A stretch of DNA of 64,000 nt from Macrostomum lignano. Its lineage: Eukaryota. The position numbers and the translations under genes are program-made. Shown piece by piece: positions 46,701-58,414 of the stretch (its first letter is position 1; each line of letters begins with the position of its first letter). The stretch spans positions 62,001-126,000 of the forward strand of contig NIVC01000545.1 in assembly GCA_002269645.1 (NCBI GenBank). The letters are read 5' to 3'. The notes below the pieces were generated by a model. The model searched no databases, was not told the DNA's origin, and worked only from the letters and a program-made list of their open reading frames with translations.

Positions 46701-49700
46701 AGCTGGAGCCATGAGGAGCTGGGGCAGAGAGCTGGGGCCATGAGAGAGCTGGGCTGAGAGCTGGGGCTGAGAGCTGGGGCTGAGAGCTGGGGCCATAAGG
46801 AGCTGGGGCTGAGAGCTGGTGCTGAGATCTGGGGCTGAGAGCTAGGGCTGAGAGCTGGGGCTGAGAGCTGGGGCTGAGAGCTAGGGCTGAGAGCTGGGGC
46901 TGAGAGCTGGGCTGAGAGCTGGGGCTGAGAGCTGGGGCCATGAGAGAGCTGGGCTGAGAGCTGGGGCTGAGAGCTCGGGCTGAGAGCTGGGGCCATGAGG
47001 AGCTGGGGCAGAGAGCTGGGGCTGAGAGCTGGGGCCATGAGGAGCTGGGGCAGAGAGCTGGGGCCATGAGAGAGCTGGGGCTGAGAGCTGGGGCTGAGAG
47101 CTAGGCAGGGCCATGAGTAATCTCAGCAGCTCAAGCCACTGTTGCCAATCGGAACTCCCTCCAGTTCACCCAATGGCTGGAGCAGCAAAAGAAGCAACCC
47201 GAAGGCAAGTCCAATGTCAAAAGCTTCGGTCTGTCGCTAACGGGTCTTGAGAGCGTCTTCGAGCAGCAGGGCGAAGCCGCTGATGCTGCCGACTCAGCAG
47301 TCGCTCCGAAGGCTCTCGCCGACGCCACGATAGCCGCCGCCGCCAAGGTCGCCAGGCCAAGCGTGCTCAGCCAGTTCGCCGCCCTGCTCGTCCTGAGTGT
47401 TCGTCGACTGTACCGGAGCTGCGGTCGGATCTGCTGCCGCCTTGTGCTGCCCCTGCTGCTGTTTGCCGCCTTCATAATTTTGCTGGTGTTCAGCCGCATC
47501 TCGCATGACTCTCCGCCCCATGGCGTCAATTCCGAGCACTCTGTGCGCTTCGAATGGCTGAGAGGATTCTCCGAAATTTCCGGCATCTGCCTCACGGATG
47601 TCGGCTCTGAGCTGCCGTCGGTTGACGACTGCGACACCCTGTTGACTGGCGGCGGAATCAACTACGCAAAGAAGATCTTGGTGCTGAGCAAACCGGCCGA
47701 TATGTCACTGCCGGCCTTTCTCAGCCTACAGCATGTGAGTTCTGTTATTTACCATTCTCTCCATTCCCCACCCCATGCCCTCCATTCCCCCTCACTCAGA
47801 GCCATCCCCGCCCATGCCCTCCATTTCCTCTCACTCAGAGCCGTCCCCGCCAATGCCCTCCATTTCCCCCTCACTCAGAGCCGTCCCCGCCAATGCCCTC
47901 CATTTCCCCCTCACTCAGAGCCGTCCCCGCCAATGCCCTCCATTTCCCCCTCACTCAGAGCCGTCCCCGCCAATGCCCTCCATTTCCCCCTCACTCAGAG
48001 CCGTCCCCGCCCATGCCCTCCATTCCCCCTCACTCAGAGCCGTCCCCGCCCATGCCATCCATTCCCCCTCACTCAGAGCCGTCCCCTCCAATGCCCTCCA
48101 TTCCCCCTCACTCAGAGCCGTCCCCTCCAATGCCCTCCATTCCCCCTCACTCAGAGCCGTCCCCTCCAATGCCCTCCACTCCCCCTCACTCAGAGCCGTC
48201 CCCGCCCATGCCCTCCACTCCCCCTCACTCAGAGCCGTCCCCTCCAATGCCCTCCATTTCCCCTCACTCAGAGCCGTCCCCTCCAATGCCCTCCATTTCC
48301 CCTCACTCAGAGCCGTCCCCTCCAATGCCCTCCTCCCCTGTTCCCCTCCGCCACAGCAGTGAGCCATAGTCATGCCAAGCCAATTCGCTCCGACCGCCCA
48401 ACAGACGCAGGACAAATTCCGTGAGTCCTGCAGTTACGCTTGGCAATGCCCCCTGGCCTACGCCAGCAACTGGTCGCTGGCGGACGGAGCCGAAGGCAAC
48501 GCCGGGCGCAGCGTCTACTTCGGGTATTTCATTGACGAGAGCAAATCTTATAGCAAAATTACCGCTGGCCGGCTGATCAAAGGCTACTCCAGATTGGCAA
48601 AGTACTTCAATTTGAGGCTCTGTAAGATTCCCGAGAGGGAGAGTCAGCTCTCTGCAGGTGCGCCTTGGCAACTTGTTACTTATTGCAGTGGTTTAGTCCG
48701 TTTTTTAATTGTATACATTCAATTGGTCCTGAAATCGAGTCTAGATTCTGTCCTGTTTGATAATTAGGTCCTGAGTTCGAGTCTAGATTCTGTCCTGTTT
48801 GATAATTAGGTCCTGAGTTCGAATCTAGATTCTGTCCTGTTTGATAATTAGGTCCTGAGTTCGAATCTAGATTCTTTCCTGTTTGATAATTAGGTCCCGA
48901 GTTCGAGTCTAGATTCTGTCCTGTTTGATAGGTCCTGAGTTCGAGTCTAGATTCTGTCCTGTTTGATAATTAGGTCCTGAGTTCGAATCTAGATTCTGTC
49001 CTGTTTGATAATTAGGTCCTGAGTTCGAATCTAGATTCTTTCCTGTTTGATAATTAGGTCCCGAGTTCGAGTCTAGATTCTGTCCTGTTTGATAGGTCCT
49101 GAGTTCGAGTCTAGATTCTGTCCTGTTTGATTATTAGGTCCTGAGTTCGAATCTAGATTCTGTCCTGTTTGATAATTAGGTCCTGAGTTCGAGTCTAGAT
49201 TCTGTCCTGTTTGGTAATTAGGTCCCGAGTTCGAGTCTAGATTCTGTCCTGTCTGGTAATTAGGTCCTGAGTTCGAATCTACATTCTGTCCTGTTTAATG
49301 ATGTGGTCCTGAGCTCGAATCTCTCCATTGTCCCATTTCTAATTATCATGTACATGCGAATGTTGAACACAGCTCAAATTAATCGCCCACAGACAACTCT
49401 TCGTTCTCGTTTATCGGCGCCACAATCCGCAACCCGCTGTCAGTGTCCGTGTACTTTAACACGCCAATGCTGGCGCTGCTGCTCATGATTGCCGTGACCC
49501 CGGTAGGCATGCTGTCAGATCCCATCGAGGACCAGTCCAGCGGGCTTCGCTGCCAGCTCAGGGCGATGGGCGTCTCCTCAATTGGCTATTGGACCAGCAC
49601 CTGCTTGTTGCACTGGCTGCAGTACATGCTGCTGTGCCTGCCAGCCGTGGTTGCCATGGTGATAGTCATGCCAAGCATGTACGCCAATGCGTATTTCCTG

Positions 49701-52700
49701 GTTGGCGTGTTCCCCGTGCTGCTGCTGCTGGGGCTGCCTGTCAATCAGCTGGTTGTGTACGCGGCCTCCACCTGGGTTCGCCGGGCCAACGCCATCGCCA
49801 CTGGCCTGCTGTTTGTTGTGTGCTTCGCCTGCGGCGGCCTGTCTCCGCTATTGGTGAACCTTAGCAACTACATCGGCCTCTGCCTGGCCGCACTGTGGCC
49901 GCCCTACGCTGTGATTGGCCTGCCGTTCTACGCTAGCAATCTGGCTAGCAATGCCGCCGAGTTTTACGGCACCACGCAGCTTGACAGAGTGCCAAGTTTG
50001 TCCGGCATCTACTTCAGCCATCCGCTGCTGGTGCTGTGCCTGGTCTGCGTGCCCATCCATGCCCTGCTGCTCTGCGGCCTGCTGGCTGTCAGGGAATTCG
50101 GCCTCGGCACCCTGATGTCGGCAGCTGTACGCAGGTGCCGATGCGATCGCTGGCTGCCGAGCTCGAGTAGAATTCGCGATGAGGCCGATCATGTGCCTAT
50201 GATGCGTGAGTTTGCTGCTCATCTCTGCTACGTTTGTCCCAACATCTATGGGCTTATTTGATTAACTCGACTTAAAGGCTGTCCTTACATTGAGGTATCG
50301 ATTCAAACAATCCGGGATCCCGAATTCCCGATTCTAGGAATCCGAGATCCTGAGGTACCGATTCTAGCGATCCTGGATCCCGAGGTCCCGATTCTAGGAA
50401 TCTTTGATCCTGAGGTACCGATTCTAGCGATCCTGGATCCGGAGGTCCCGATTCTAGGAATCTTTGATCCTGAGGTACCGATTCTAGCGATCCTGGATCC
50501 CGAGGTCCCGATTCTAGGAATCTTTGATCCTGAGGTACCGATTCTAGCGATCCTGGATCCGGAGGTCCCGATTCTAGGAATCCGAGATCCTGAGGTACCG
50601 ATTCTAGCGATCCTGGATCCCGAGGTCCCGATTCTAGGAATCCGAGATCCTGAGGTACCGATTCTAGCGATCCTGGATCCCGAGGTCCCGATTCTAGGAA
50701 TCCAAGATCCTGAGGTACCGATTCTAGCGATCCTGGATCCCGAGGTCCCGATTCTAGGAATCATGGATCCCGTAGTCCCGATTCTAGGAATCATGGATCC
50801 CGTAGTCCCGATTCTAGGAATACTGATCCTAAAGTAACGATTCCAAAGACATCCTTGCAGTGATGAATTTTGCAAGGTGATCGCAGATCCAATACACGCC
50901 ATGCTGCCAGAAGAGGCCCCGAATCCAGATTTATTTGTGTGAAGACAAAATGTTGTCTCACGCCTGTCTTCTAAATTAAGTACTTTTACTTGCAGCAGTA
51001 CTTCAGCACGTAGACAGAGATATAAAACATAAGAAAGCAAACAGAAACAATCATTGATGTTAATTACGCTAATCCCTGGGTTTTTATCCCTAACTCTTAT
51101 TTTAGTTATCTATTTAAATGATTCCATAGTAAGCTTATCATACAGTAGTTTGTGTCCCGGCGCCCGCAGCTTCAAGCCGAGTTGTAGAAGTTCAAGTAGA
51201 CAGTCACGAGGCAGAGCTGGTCAAGTTGGCATCCACTGCCAGAGACGGCACGGAGGCAGAGCCGGCGGCCGCTGCCGTCGAGGACATCGGCGTCCAGAAG
51301 GAGCGCGATCGCCTGCTGAAGAAGCAGCCGGTTACTTTCAGAAGCGGCTCGACTGTAGACGAGGCGGATAAGGCTGCACAAAATGATTCGGTGCAGGTGA
51401 GTCTAAATGTCTACTGGTGACTCTAGCGACTTTTCTGAGAACTTCCTAGAATCTCGTTGTGTTGGCGCTGAGAATTCTACTGACTCAGTAGGCTAGTTAG
51501 AGCCATAGATAAAGTATACATAGATTCCACCCCTGCCCAGAATGTACACACGCTCGTGTCCAAACTTTGACCACCATAAAACTCACCGTGCTCTCATTGG
51601 CTGGCGCGAAAGCCTTCCTTTCAACCCCTTCGATTTCATTCCCTCACCCCTTCCACACAAGAAAGCTTTATAACTTTAAGGATGTCTTACCAGTTTCAAC
51701 AGTTTAGCAAGAATGAAGTCGACACGCAAGTGTTCCGGAGTTGGGGGAATGTACACACGTGGACTCAATGTGCATAGCGTGGCCCAGCCAATAGGAGCGC
51801 AGTGAATAAAGTGATGGTCACAATTTAGACACTCCGCGGGGGCAGGGGTGGAATCTATGTATACTTTATCTATGGTTAGAGCACTTGCAACTCAGACTAC
51901 AGCTACTCTAGCACGCCTCAGAGTAGTGAAAAAATTGCTTCAATGTGATTCTTAAGCGACTCTTTGACGCTTTTTTGCGACTTGTACCGTCACGTAAAAT
52001 TTCATGATTCTAGCGATCCGGGATCCCGAGGTCCCGATTTTAGAAATTTGGGATCCCGAGGTCCCGATTCTAAGAATCTGGGATCCTTAGGTCCCGATTT
52101 TAAGAACCCGGGATCCCGAGGTCCCGATTCTAGGAATCCGGGATCCTTAGGTCCTGATTTTAAGAACCCGAGGTCCCGATTCTAGGAAACCGGGATCCTG
52201 AGGTCCTCGTTTTAAGAACCCGGGATCCCGAGGTCCCGATTCTAGGAATCCGGGATCCTGAGGTCCTGATTTTAAGAACTCGAGGTCCCGATTCTAGGAA
52301 TCCGGGATCCTTAGGTCCTGATTTTAAGAACCCGAGGTCCCGATTCTAGGAATCCGGGATCCTTAGGTCCTGATTTTAAGAACACGGGATCCCGAGGTCC
52401 CGGTTCTAGGAATCCGGGATCCTGAGGTCCTGATTTTAAGAACCCGAGATCCCGAGGTCCCGATTCTAGGAATCCGGGATCCTGAGGTCCTGGTTTTAAG
52501 AACCCGAGATCCCGAGGTCCCGATTCTAGGAATCCGGGATCCTGAGGTCCTGATTTTAAGAACCCGAGATCCCGAGGTCCCGATTCTAGGAATCCGGGAT
52601 CCTGAGGTCCTGATTTTAAGAACACGGGATCCCGAGGTCCCGATTCTAGGAATCCGGGATCCTGAGGTCCTGATTTTAAGAACCCGAGATCCCGAGGTCC

Positions 52701-54999
52701 CGGTTCTAGGAATCCGGGATCCTGAGGTCCTGATTTTAAGAACCCGAGATCCCAAGGTCCCGATTCTAGGAATCCGGGATCCTGAGGTCCTGATTTTAAG
52801 AACACGGGATCCCGAGGTCCCGATTCTAGGAATCCGGGATCCTGAGGTCCTGATTTTAAGAACCCGAGATCCCGAGGTCCCGGTTCTAGGAATCCGGGAT
52901 CCTGAGGTCCTGATTTTAAGAACCCGAGATCCCAAGGTCCCGATTCTAGGAATCCGGGATCCTGAGGTCCTGATTTTAAGAACCCGAGATCCCAAGGTCC
53001 CGATTCTAGGAATGTTATTTTAGCTGTGTTACCTGCAACGATTCTAAAACGACTCTCGGGAGACACAAGTGACTCTGGTACGCTTCTTGGCCTGGGTCGG
53101 TTTTTCATCGGGTTACTTACAGTAGACAGTTCAGCACATTGTTAAATAGTCTACACTGTCTCTCACACCACAGGTGCTCAGCCTGGCCAAGCGCTATCCC
53201 GGCGCCCCTAGCCGCGCTGTCAATGACGTCACCTTTGGCGCCAGGGCCGGCCAGATTTTCGGCCTTCTCGGCCCGAACGGCGCCGGCAAATCGACAACTC
53301 TGTCGGTGCTGGTCGGCGAGCGCTCGGCCAGCCAAGGCCGCTGTCTGGTGGACGGCTCCTCGGGCCGTGAGGCGGCCCGGCTGGGCAAGATCGGCTACTG
53401 CCCGCAGTACTCGCCGCTGCTGCCCACGATCACCGTGCTGGAGCACCTGCAATTCTATGCCAGAGTTCGCGGCCTGCCGTCCGAGTCAATCAGTCAGCAG
53501 TCCAAGGCTCTAGCGGAGGCCATGGGCCTCGCTAAGTACCTGCACTTGTCCGCTAGCGGCCTGTCTGGCGGCAACCGCAGGCGGCTGTGTCTGGCCATCG
53601 CTCTGCTCGGCAACCCGTCTGTGCTGGTCATTGACGAGGCCTCCACTGGTGTGGATCCCGAGAACAAGCGGTCGATATGGAAGGCAGTGCGGGCCGCGGC
53701 CGGCAGTTGCCGTGCCGTTGTGCTCACCACTCACAGCATGGAGGAGGCGGAGGCCCTGTGCTCCCAAGTTGGCATCATGCACGGTGGCCGGCTGCTGGCT
53801 CTGGGCTCCAATCAGGAACTGAAGGATAGGTAATTTTCTAGAGAAATCTGCGGAATGTTGCTGCTTAAATTGACAAACTGCTCTTCACATAATCGCTTCC
53901 TCATTACTTTTCTTTCTAAACAATGGATTACCTAATGCTGCCGAATCTCCCTCGTCATTAGACCGTCAAGCTGCCTAATCTCCCTCATCATTAGAAGTCA
54001 AGAAGCCTAATCTCCTTCATCATTAGACAGTAGCTGTCTAATATCCCTCATCATTAGACAGTCAAGCTCTCTAATATCCCTCATCATTAGACAGTCGCTA
54101 GCTAATCTCCCTCATCACTAGACAGTCAAGCTGTCTAATCTCCCTCATCACTAGGCAGTCAAGCTGTCTAATCTCCCTCATCACTAGGCAGTCAAGCTGT
54201 CTAATCTCCCTCATCACTAGGCAGTCAAGCTGTCTAATCTCCCTCATCACTAGGCAGTCAAGCTGTCTAATATCCCTCATCATTAGACAGTCAAGCTCTC
54301 TAATATCCCTCATTATTAGACAGTCGCTACCTAATCTGTCTCATCATTAGACAGTCAAGCTGCCTAATTTCCCTCATCACTAGGCAGTCAAGCTTCCTAA
54401 TCTCCCTCATCATTAGAAAGTCAAGCTCCCTAATCTCCCTCATCATTAGACAGTCAAGCTCCCTAATCTCCCTCATCATTAGACAGTCGCTATTTAATTG
54501 TTGTCCTTTCTGTATACTCACTCTACTCAGAAGGCCCACTAACCCGCATTGAAGGTACGGCAAGAACTACACTCTGGATGTGCAGATGAAGCGCGACCAG
54601 GCTGGCCCAGCATCCGGCAGTGGCGACAGCAGCCCAGACGAAATTTCCGATCTATTAAAGATATGCTTTAAAAACTACAGAAAAGTGGAAGATTTTCACG
54701 CCTGGTGCCGCTACGAAGTTGAACTGAAGGATGGCGAGAACGCCTTGAGTGAGGCTTTGGAAGAGCTGAAGAACAGCGGGCTGGTCGAGTCCTATGCTCT
54801 CTACCAGGCGTCGCTGGACCAGATATTTATCGGCCTACTTGAAGGCAGGAATTTGCTAAAGAATGAACTTGAAGAAATTAAAAATGGCCGAATTGATGAG
54901 TTTCTTCGTCTTGTCGCCAGCTGTGGAGGCGGTCGCCGAGAAGCTGGATTCGAGACTAGTCAGACCGGACAGACAGCTGGTGGCCAGGCTGATGCCTAA
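37166..54999 (+). CDS. ABCA: ABC transporter subfamily A full transporter (~1850 aa), spliced
   Basis: Exons 37166-37500, 39880-40226, 40632-40786, 41316-41597, 42178-42769, 44817-45001, 45377-45952, (45997-46057?), ~47130-47734, ~48357/48364-48657, 49393-50205, 51170-51396, 53174-53829, 54555-54999. All junctions are GT-AG and in phase except two flagged in findings. Two TM blocks and two NBDs; FGLSLTGLESVF and LDQIF regulatory motifs. Confidence 0.9.
37555..37960. repeat. (TCTG)n imperfect microsatellite, ABCA intron 1
   Basis: Direct reading. Confidence 0.95.
39190..39392 (-). mobile_element. tRNA-derived SINE with CORE-like central domain
   Basis: Minus strand: A box TAGCTCAGTGG, B box GGTTCGACT, then TGTGTCCTTGAGCAAGACACT...CTGTAAATGGG, resembling the MIR/CORE block. 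Confidence 0.7.
41650..42125. repeat. G-rich ~19-bp minisatellite (GGGGATGAAGGATGGGGGA)
   Basis: Direct reading; intronic. Confidence 0.92.
43185..44695. repeat. C-rich complex satellite (CCCACACATCTCT / TTTCTCAATCACAT modules)
   Basis: Direct reading; intronic. Confidence 0.92.
44817..45952 (+). CDS. ABCA: ABCA NBD1 exons (44817-45001, 45377-45952)
   Basis: GPNGSGKST, LSGGQQRKL, LLLDEPSSGLDP, LSTQFMDEAD. Confidence 0.93.
45010..45295. repeat. (AGT)n/(AGC)/(TGT) microsatellite
   Basis: Direct reading; intronic. Confidence 0.95.
46060..47110. repeat. Two adjacent minisatellites: ~35-42 bp (GGGGCTATGACCGGTAGGAGGCTATGTGTGATCT) then 13 bp (GGGGCTGAGAGCT)
   Basis: Direct reading; boundary ~46380. 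Confidence 0.92.
47760..48330. repeat. 39-40-bp C-rich minisatellite
   Basis: TCACTCAGAGCCGTCCCCGCCAATGCCCTCCATTTCCCCC units. Confidence 0.93.
48726..49320. repeat. 42-bp minisatellite, ~14 copies
   Basis: GTCCTGAGTTCGAGTCTAGATTCTGTCCTGTTTGATAATTAG units. Confidence 0.95.
50310..50830. repeat. 30-bp satellite arranged as 60-bp dimers
   Basis: GATCCCGAGGTCCCGATTCTAGGAATCCGA alternating with GATCCTGAGGTACCGATTCTAGCGATCCTG. Confidence 0.93.
51503..51875. mobile_element. MITE with perfect 36-bp TIRs and 6-bp TSD
   Basis: TIR CCATAGATAAAGTATACATAGATTCCACCCCTGCCC; TSD TTAGAG at 51497-51502 and 51876-51881. Confidence 0.9.
52010..53012. repeat. 30-bp satellite (60-bp dimers), same family as 50310-50830
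   Basis: GATCCCGAGGTCCCGATTCTAGGAATCCGG alternating with GATCCTGAGGTCCTGATTTTAAGAACCCGA. Confidence 0.93.
53174..53829 (+). CDS. ABCA: ABCA NBD2 exon
   Basis: GPNGAGKST, LSGGNRRRL, VIDEASTGVDP, LTTHSMEEAE. Confidence 0.95.
53935..54490. repeat. 33-bp minisatellite, ~16 copies
   Basis: CTAATCTCCCTCATCACTAGGCAGTCAAGCTGT units. Confidence 0.93.
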
Positions 55000-55701
55000 T
55001 GATGCTTAATGATGGCATTGAGGCTTTTGTAAATACATTCGCTGCATGCTTTCGCGGGCAATATAGTTTCTCCTTCCTCTTGTCAAACTGCATTGCTTTT
55101 TTGCTAAACTAATTCATTGCAAACAACTCTGATAACTCTTTAACAAGTCAAACAACTTTGATGAGACAGAGAGGCGGCTGAAAAGTCGTCCAAGAGTCGT
55201 TTTGTTAGCGCTTAACTGTCTACTGACTCAAGTAGACTAAATAGAGTTGTTATAAATTCATTGATGTGGGGCAGATGCGCTTTAGATGCAACTTATTTTA
55301 TCTGCGTTACCGCTTCTTGGCCTGGGTACCGCTCTCATCGGGGGATTGTTGGAATCTCGTTACTAACAAAAATTATCTATATTCTCCCTGTGCTTAGTCA
55401 ACTTCCCGTAAGGCCTTAAGTTAACCACGGTATGTATGGCCTCTATTCATATTTGCTCCTGAATGTGCAACGTTTTTCACGGTTTTGTAAGCAAGCAAAT
55501 TTTTTTCATTATCAGCTACGCTATAAACGCGCCATGAAACTCTCTGCAACCAATTAACGCCGGTAAAAACATCCCGATAAACTACGAGAATGTCTGTATG
55601 CTATAAAATACTTATTAAAATTGCCAACTTATGACTTTTATTACTGCGCGAAATCATTGCTTGCTGCTAATAATTGATTTGTAGGCTTTGCCTTCCGTGT
55701 T

Positions 55702-55741
<40 letters not shown>

Positions 55742-56094
55742 GTGCGTCTTTTAAACATGTCTCTTTAAGCGTAAGTATTTTGGCTATTTAATAGCCGTAT
55801 GATTTTATGTAAAATATGTATTCCTTGGCTTATTATTCACCAATATATTATAAGCAAGTATTATTTTGCTTTTTGCCTCGCCGTTTAACTTAAAAAAATG
55901 CTTCAAGCTTTGAGTATGTTGACTTGCGTTCGACATTTTTAGTTTGCGTTTCACATTCTTTTCTTGCTACTGTTAGTAGGCTTCAATCATCGATTCCTTC
56001 ATTTTCACTCTTACTCCCAGATCACAATTTCCCATTTGGATTCCTAATCTCACTCCCTTATATATTTAATCTCAATTCCAAACCTGAATAACTA

Positions 56095-56570
56095 AATCAC
56101 TCCCAGATCCTCAATCTCACTCCCAGATCCTCAATCTCACCCTCAGATCCTCAATCTCACCCCAGATACTCGATCTCACCCCAGATCCCTAATCTTACCC
56201 AGATCCCCAATCTTACCCACAGAATCCCAATCCCATCCCAGACCCTAATCTCGCTCAGATCCCAAATTTCACTCCAAATCCCAATCTCACCCCAGACCCT
56301 TAATCTCACCCAGATTCGCAATCTCATCCCAGATCCCTAATCTCGCTCAGATCCCAAATCTCCAGATTACTCCAGATCCTAATCTCACCCCCGATCCTTA
56401 ATTTCACCCCAGATCCCTAATCTCACTCAGATCCCCAATCTCACCCAGATCCCCAATCTCACCCCCAGATCCCCAATCTCACCCCCAGATGCCAATCTCA
56501 CCCCCAAATCCTCAATGTCACCCCTATATTCTCAATCTCACCCAATCTCTCAATCTCAATCTTTTCTAAA
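56095..56570. repeat. ~19-bp minisatellite (CCCAGATCCTCAATCTCAC), diverged
   Basis: Direct reading. Confidence 0.9.
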
Positions 56571-57198
56571 TCCTCGATCTCCGTCTCTAAGAATAATATC
56601 CTTGGGATTTGTGTCCTCATGAGCTTAGGCGATTAAGAATGAGCAATAATTTAAATCGATGTACACAATTGAACGCAAGACGGACAAGACTCAGCTCAAT
56701 AGGCAGGTACGGGCCGTACAATGTACAAGTAGCTCAGCCAATGAGAGAGCTCTAAGGATAAAAGCATCATCTATTGTGTCTGCTTGTTAAAAGTCAAAGG
56801 CGATTTTTGCAGCTTCAAATATCCTAAGAATTTATAATTTTTTATATTGAGACAACAAAGACAAAAAACTCTAACTCTACTACTGAGATAGGAGCAGACA
56901 AGCGCATTTGTATATATAGTACATGTGGTACGAGTAATACGTAAGTATTGAAACTAATATTCTTGCGAACTAAGAATCCCTACTTTAGTCTATGGCAGTT
57001 TACGAAGCCGCCTCCTGGCAGTCCATATCACTTTGCTCACTTGAATTAGCCGCGAACTCCTGTACCACACGCACTCAGGCAGCGCTTTGATAGTCTGTGC
57101 TTGCCCGCGGGACGAACTGAAGCAGCAGAGAGAGCAGACCGCTAGCACTGCCAGTAATTATTTTATCAGTTTAGTTTATAGCTACTAAGCAACTCAGC

Positions 57199-57816
57199 AT
57201 GGCCGAGAAGAAGTGCATCTGCCAGATCTGCACCTGCTCAGAGAAGCTGCACAAATGCAAATACGAGCCGGGCGAGGAGACTCTCAAGAAGGCCGCCGAG
57301 GCGCACTGCAGGCGCTGCGGCTGCAAGAAGAAGACCAAGCCGTACGTGCCCATGGGTCCCATGGAGACCACCACCACCTACAACTCGGAGTACCAGCCCA
57401 AGCTGCAGGAGGCACCGCCCTGCCGCAAGCAGAACAACCAGTACAACCGGCCCGCCGCGCCCATGGAGGGCTCCACCACGTACAACGCGGACTTCACCAG
57501 CAAGCCGACCGAGCCGCCGCCCTGCTGCAAGAAGCCCAACAACTACAGGCCCATGGGCGACATGCTGCTGGAGACCACCTACAATGGCGAGTTCCGCGAG
57601 AAGGTGCTCCCCGAGCAGCGCCCGTGCACGAAGCCGGCCGGCTACCTCCGGCCGATGGGCCCCATGAACCTGGACACCACGTACAACTCCGACTACACAC
57701 AGAAGCCCATGGACCTCGGCTTCGAGCCCTGCTGCCCCTGCTGCGACCCTCGGTCGGAGGGCTACGTCGCCGCTGGCGAGGAGAACGGGCACATGATGTT
57801 CGTGAAGCGGGGCTGA
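57199..57816 (+). CDS. SAXO: SAXO/FAM154-like axonemal microtubule-stabilising protein (205 aa, intronless)
   Basis: N-terminal CICQICTC, four repeats with a TTYNxE/D(Y/F) core (Mn-type modules), C-terminal GY...E.NGH; strongly GC3-biased codons. Confidence 0.8.
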   Translation: MAEKKCICQICTCSEKLHKCKYEPGEETLKKAAEAHCRRCGCKKKTKPYVPMGPMETTTTYNSEYQPKLQEAPPCRKQNNQYNRPAAPMEGSTTYNADFTSKPTEPPPCCKKPNNYRPMGDMLLETTYNGEFREKVLPEQRPCTKPAGYLRPMGPMNLDTTYNSDYTQKPMDLGFEPCCPCCDPRSEGYVAAGEENGHMMFVKRG

Positions 57817-58414
57817 GACTGCTCAGAGCAACTCTGCACTGTTAGCTAGTGTGCTCAAATCATTCGAACTTTTTTTCACTTCCTCTTAGGGCTTAGGGAA
57901 TTGTAGAAGACATTAAAGATCCAAATTTATGCGAGCCTAGGAACTCGATATTATAGGAAGTCAATTTTTCCTTCATCAACCCGAGCTCAGAAGCTGAGCA
58001 GCTGTGAGTTGCCGCCGATGCCCGCAAATCCTTTGCTTCAAAGCGCGATTTTACCTGCAATTCACTGTTTTTTCTCTCTGCGCGAAACTTTTATTTGACT
58101 TTGCTTGCGATAAAAGCGCGTCTTCTCGGCACAGGAAAACTTCTCTGACTCTCTGTGCCTGCTGCTGCCGGGCCTTCAAAATATATATTATATTACTCAA
58201 AGTCGGATTTTTTAACCTCTGCTAGAAATGTGTGCCGGCTACGGATGAACTTGATGAATTGGTTGCTGAGCAAAGTTTTACACCAATTGAGGTATTGGCA
58301 AATCCTCACTCTTGGCACCTGGATGTTTCTCGATTTCCTATCACCTTTACAGATCACCAAGCTCCATCTCAAGTCCTCAAAATCTCTTTCAAATCCTCTA
58401 TCTGACTCTAGATC

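Noticed and set aside
57213-57845. Alternative-frame and antisense ORFs over the SAXO-like gene and ABCA exons
   Set aside because: By-products of high GC3 codon bias.
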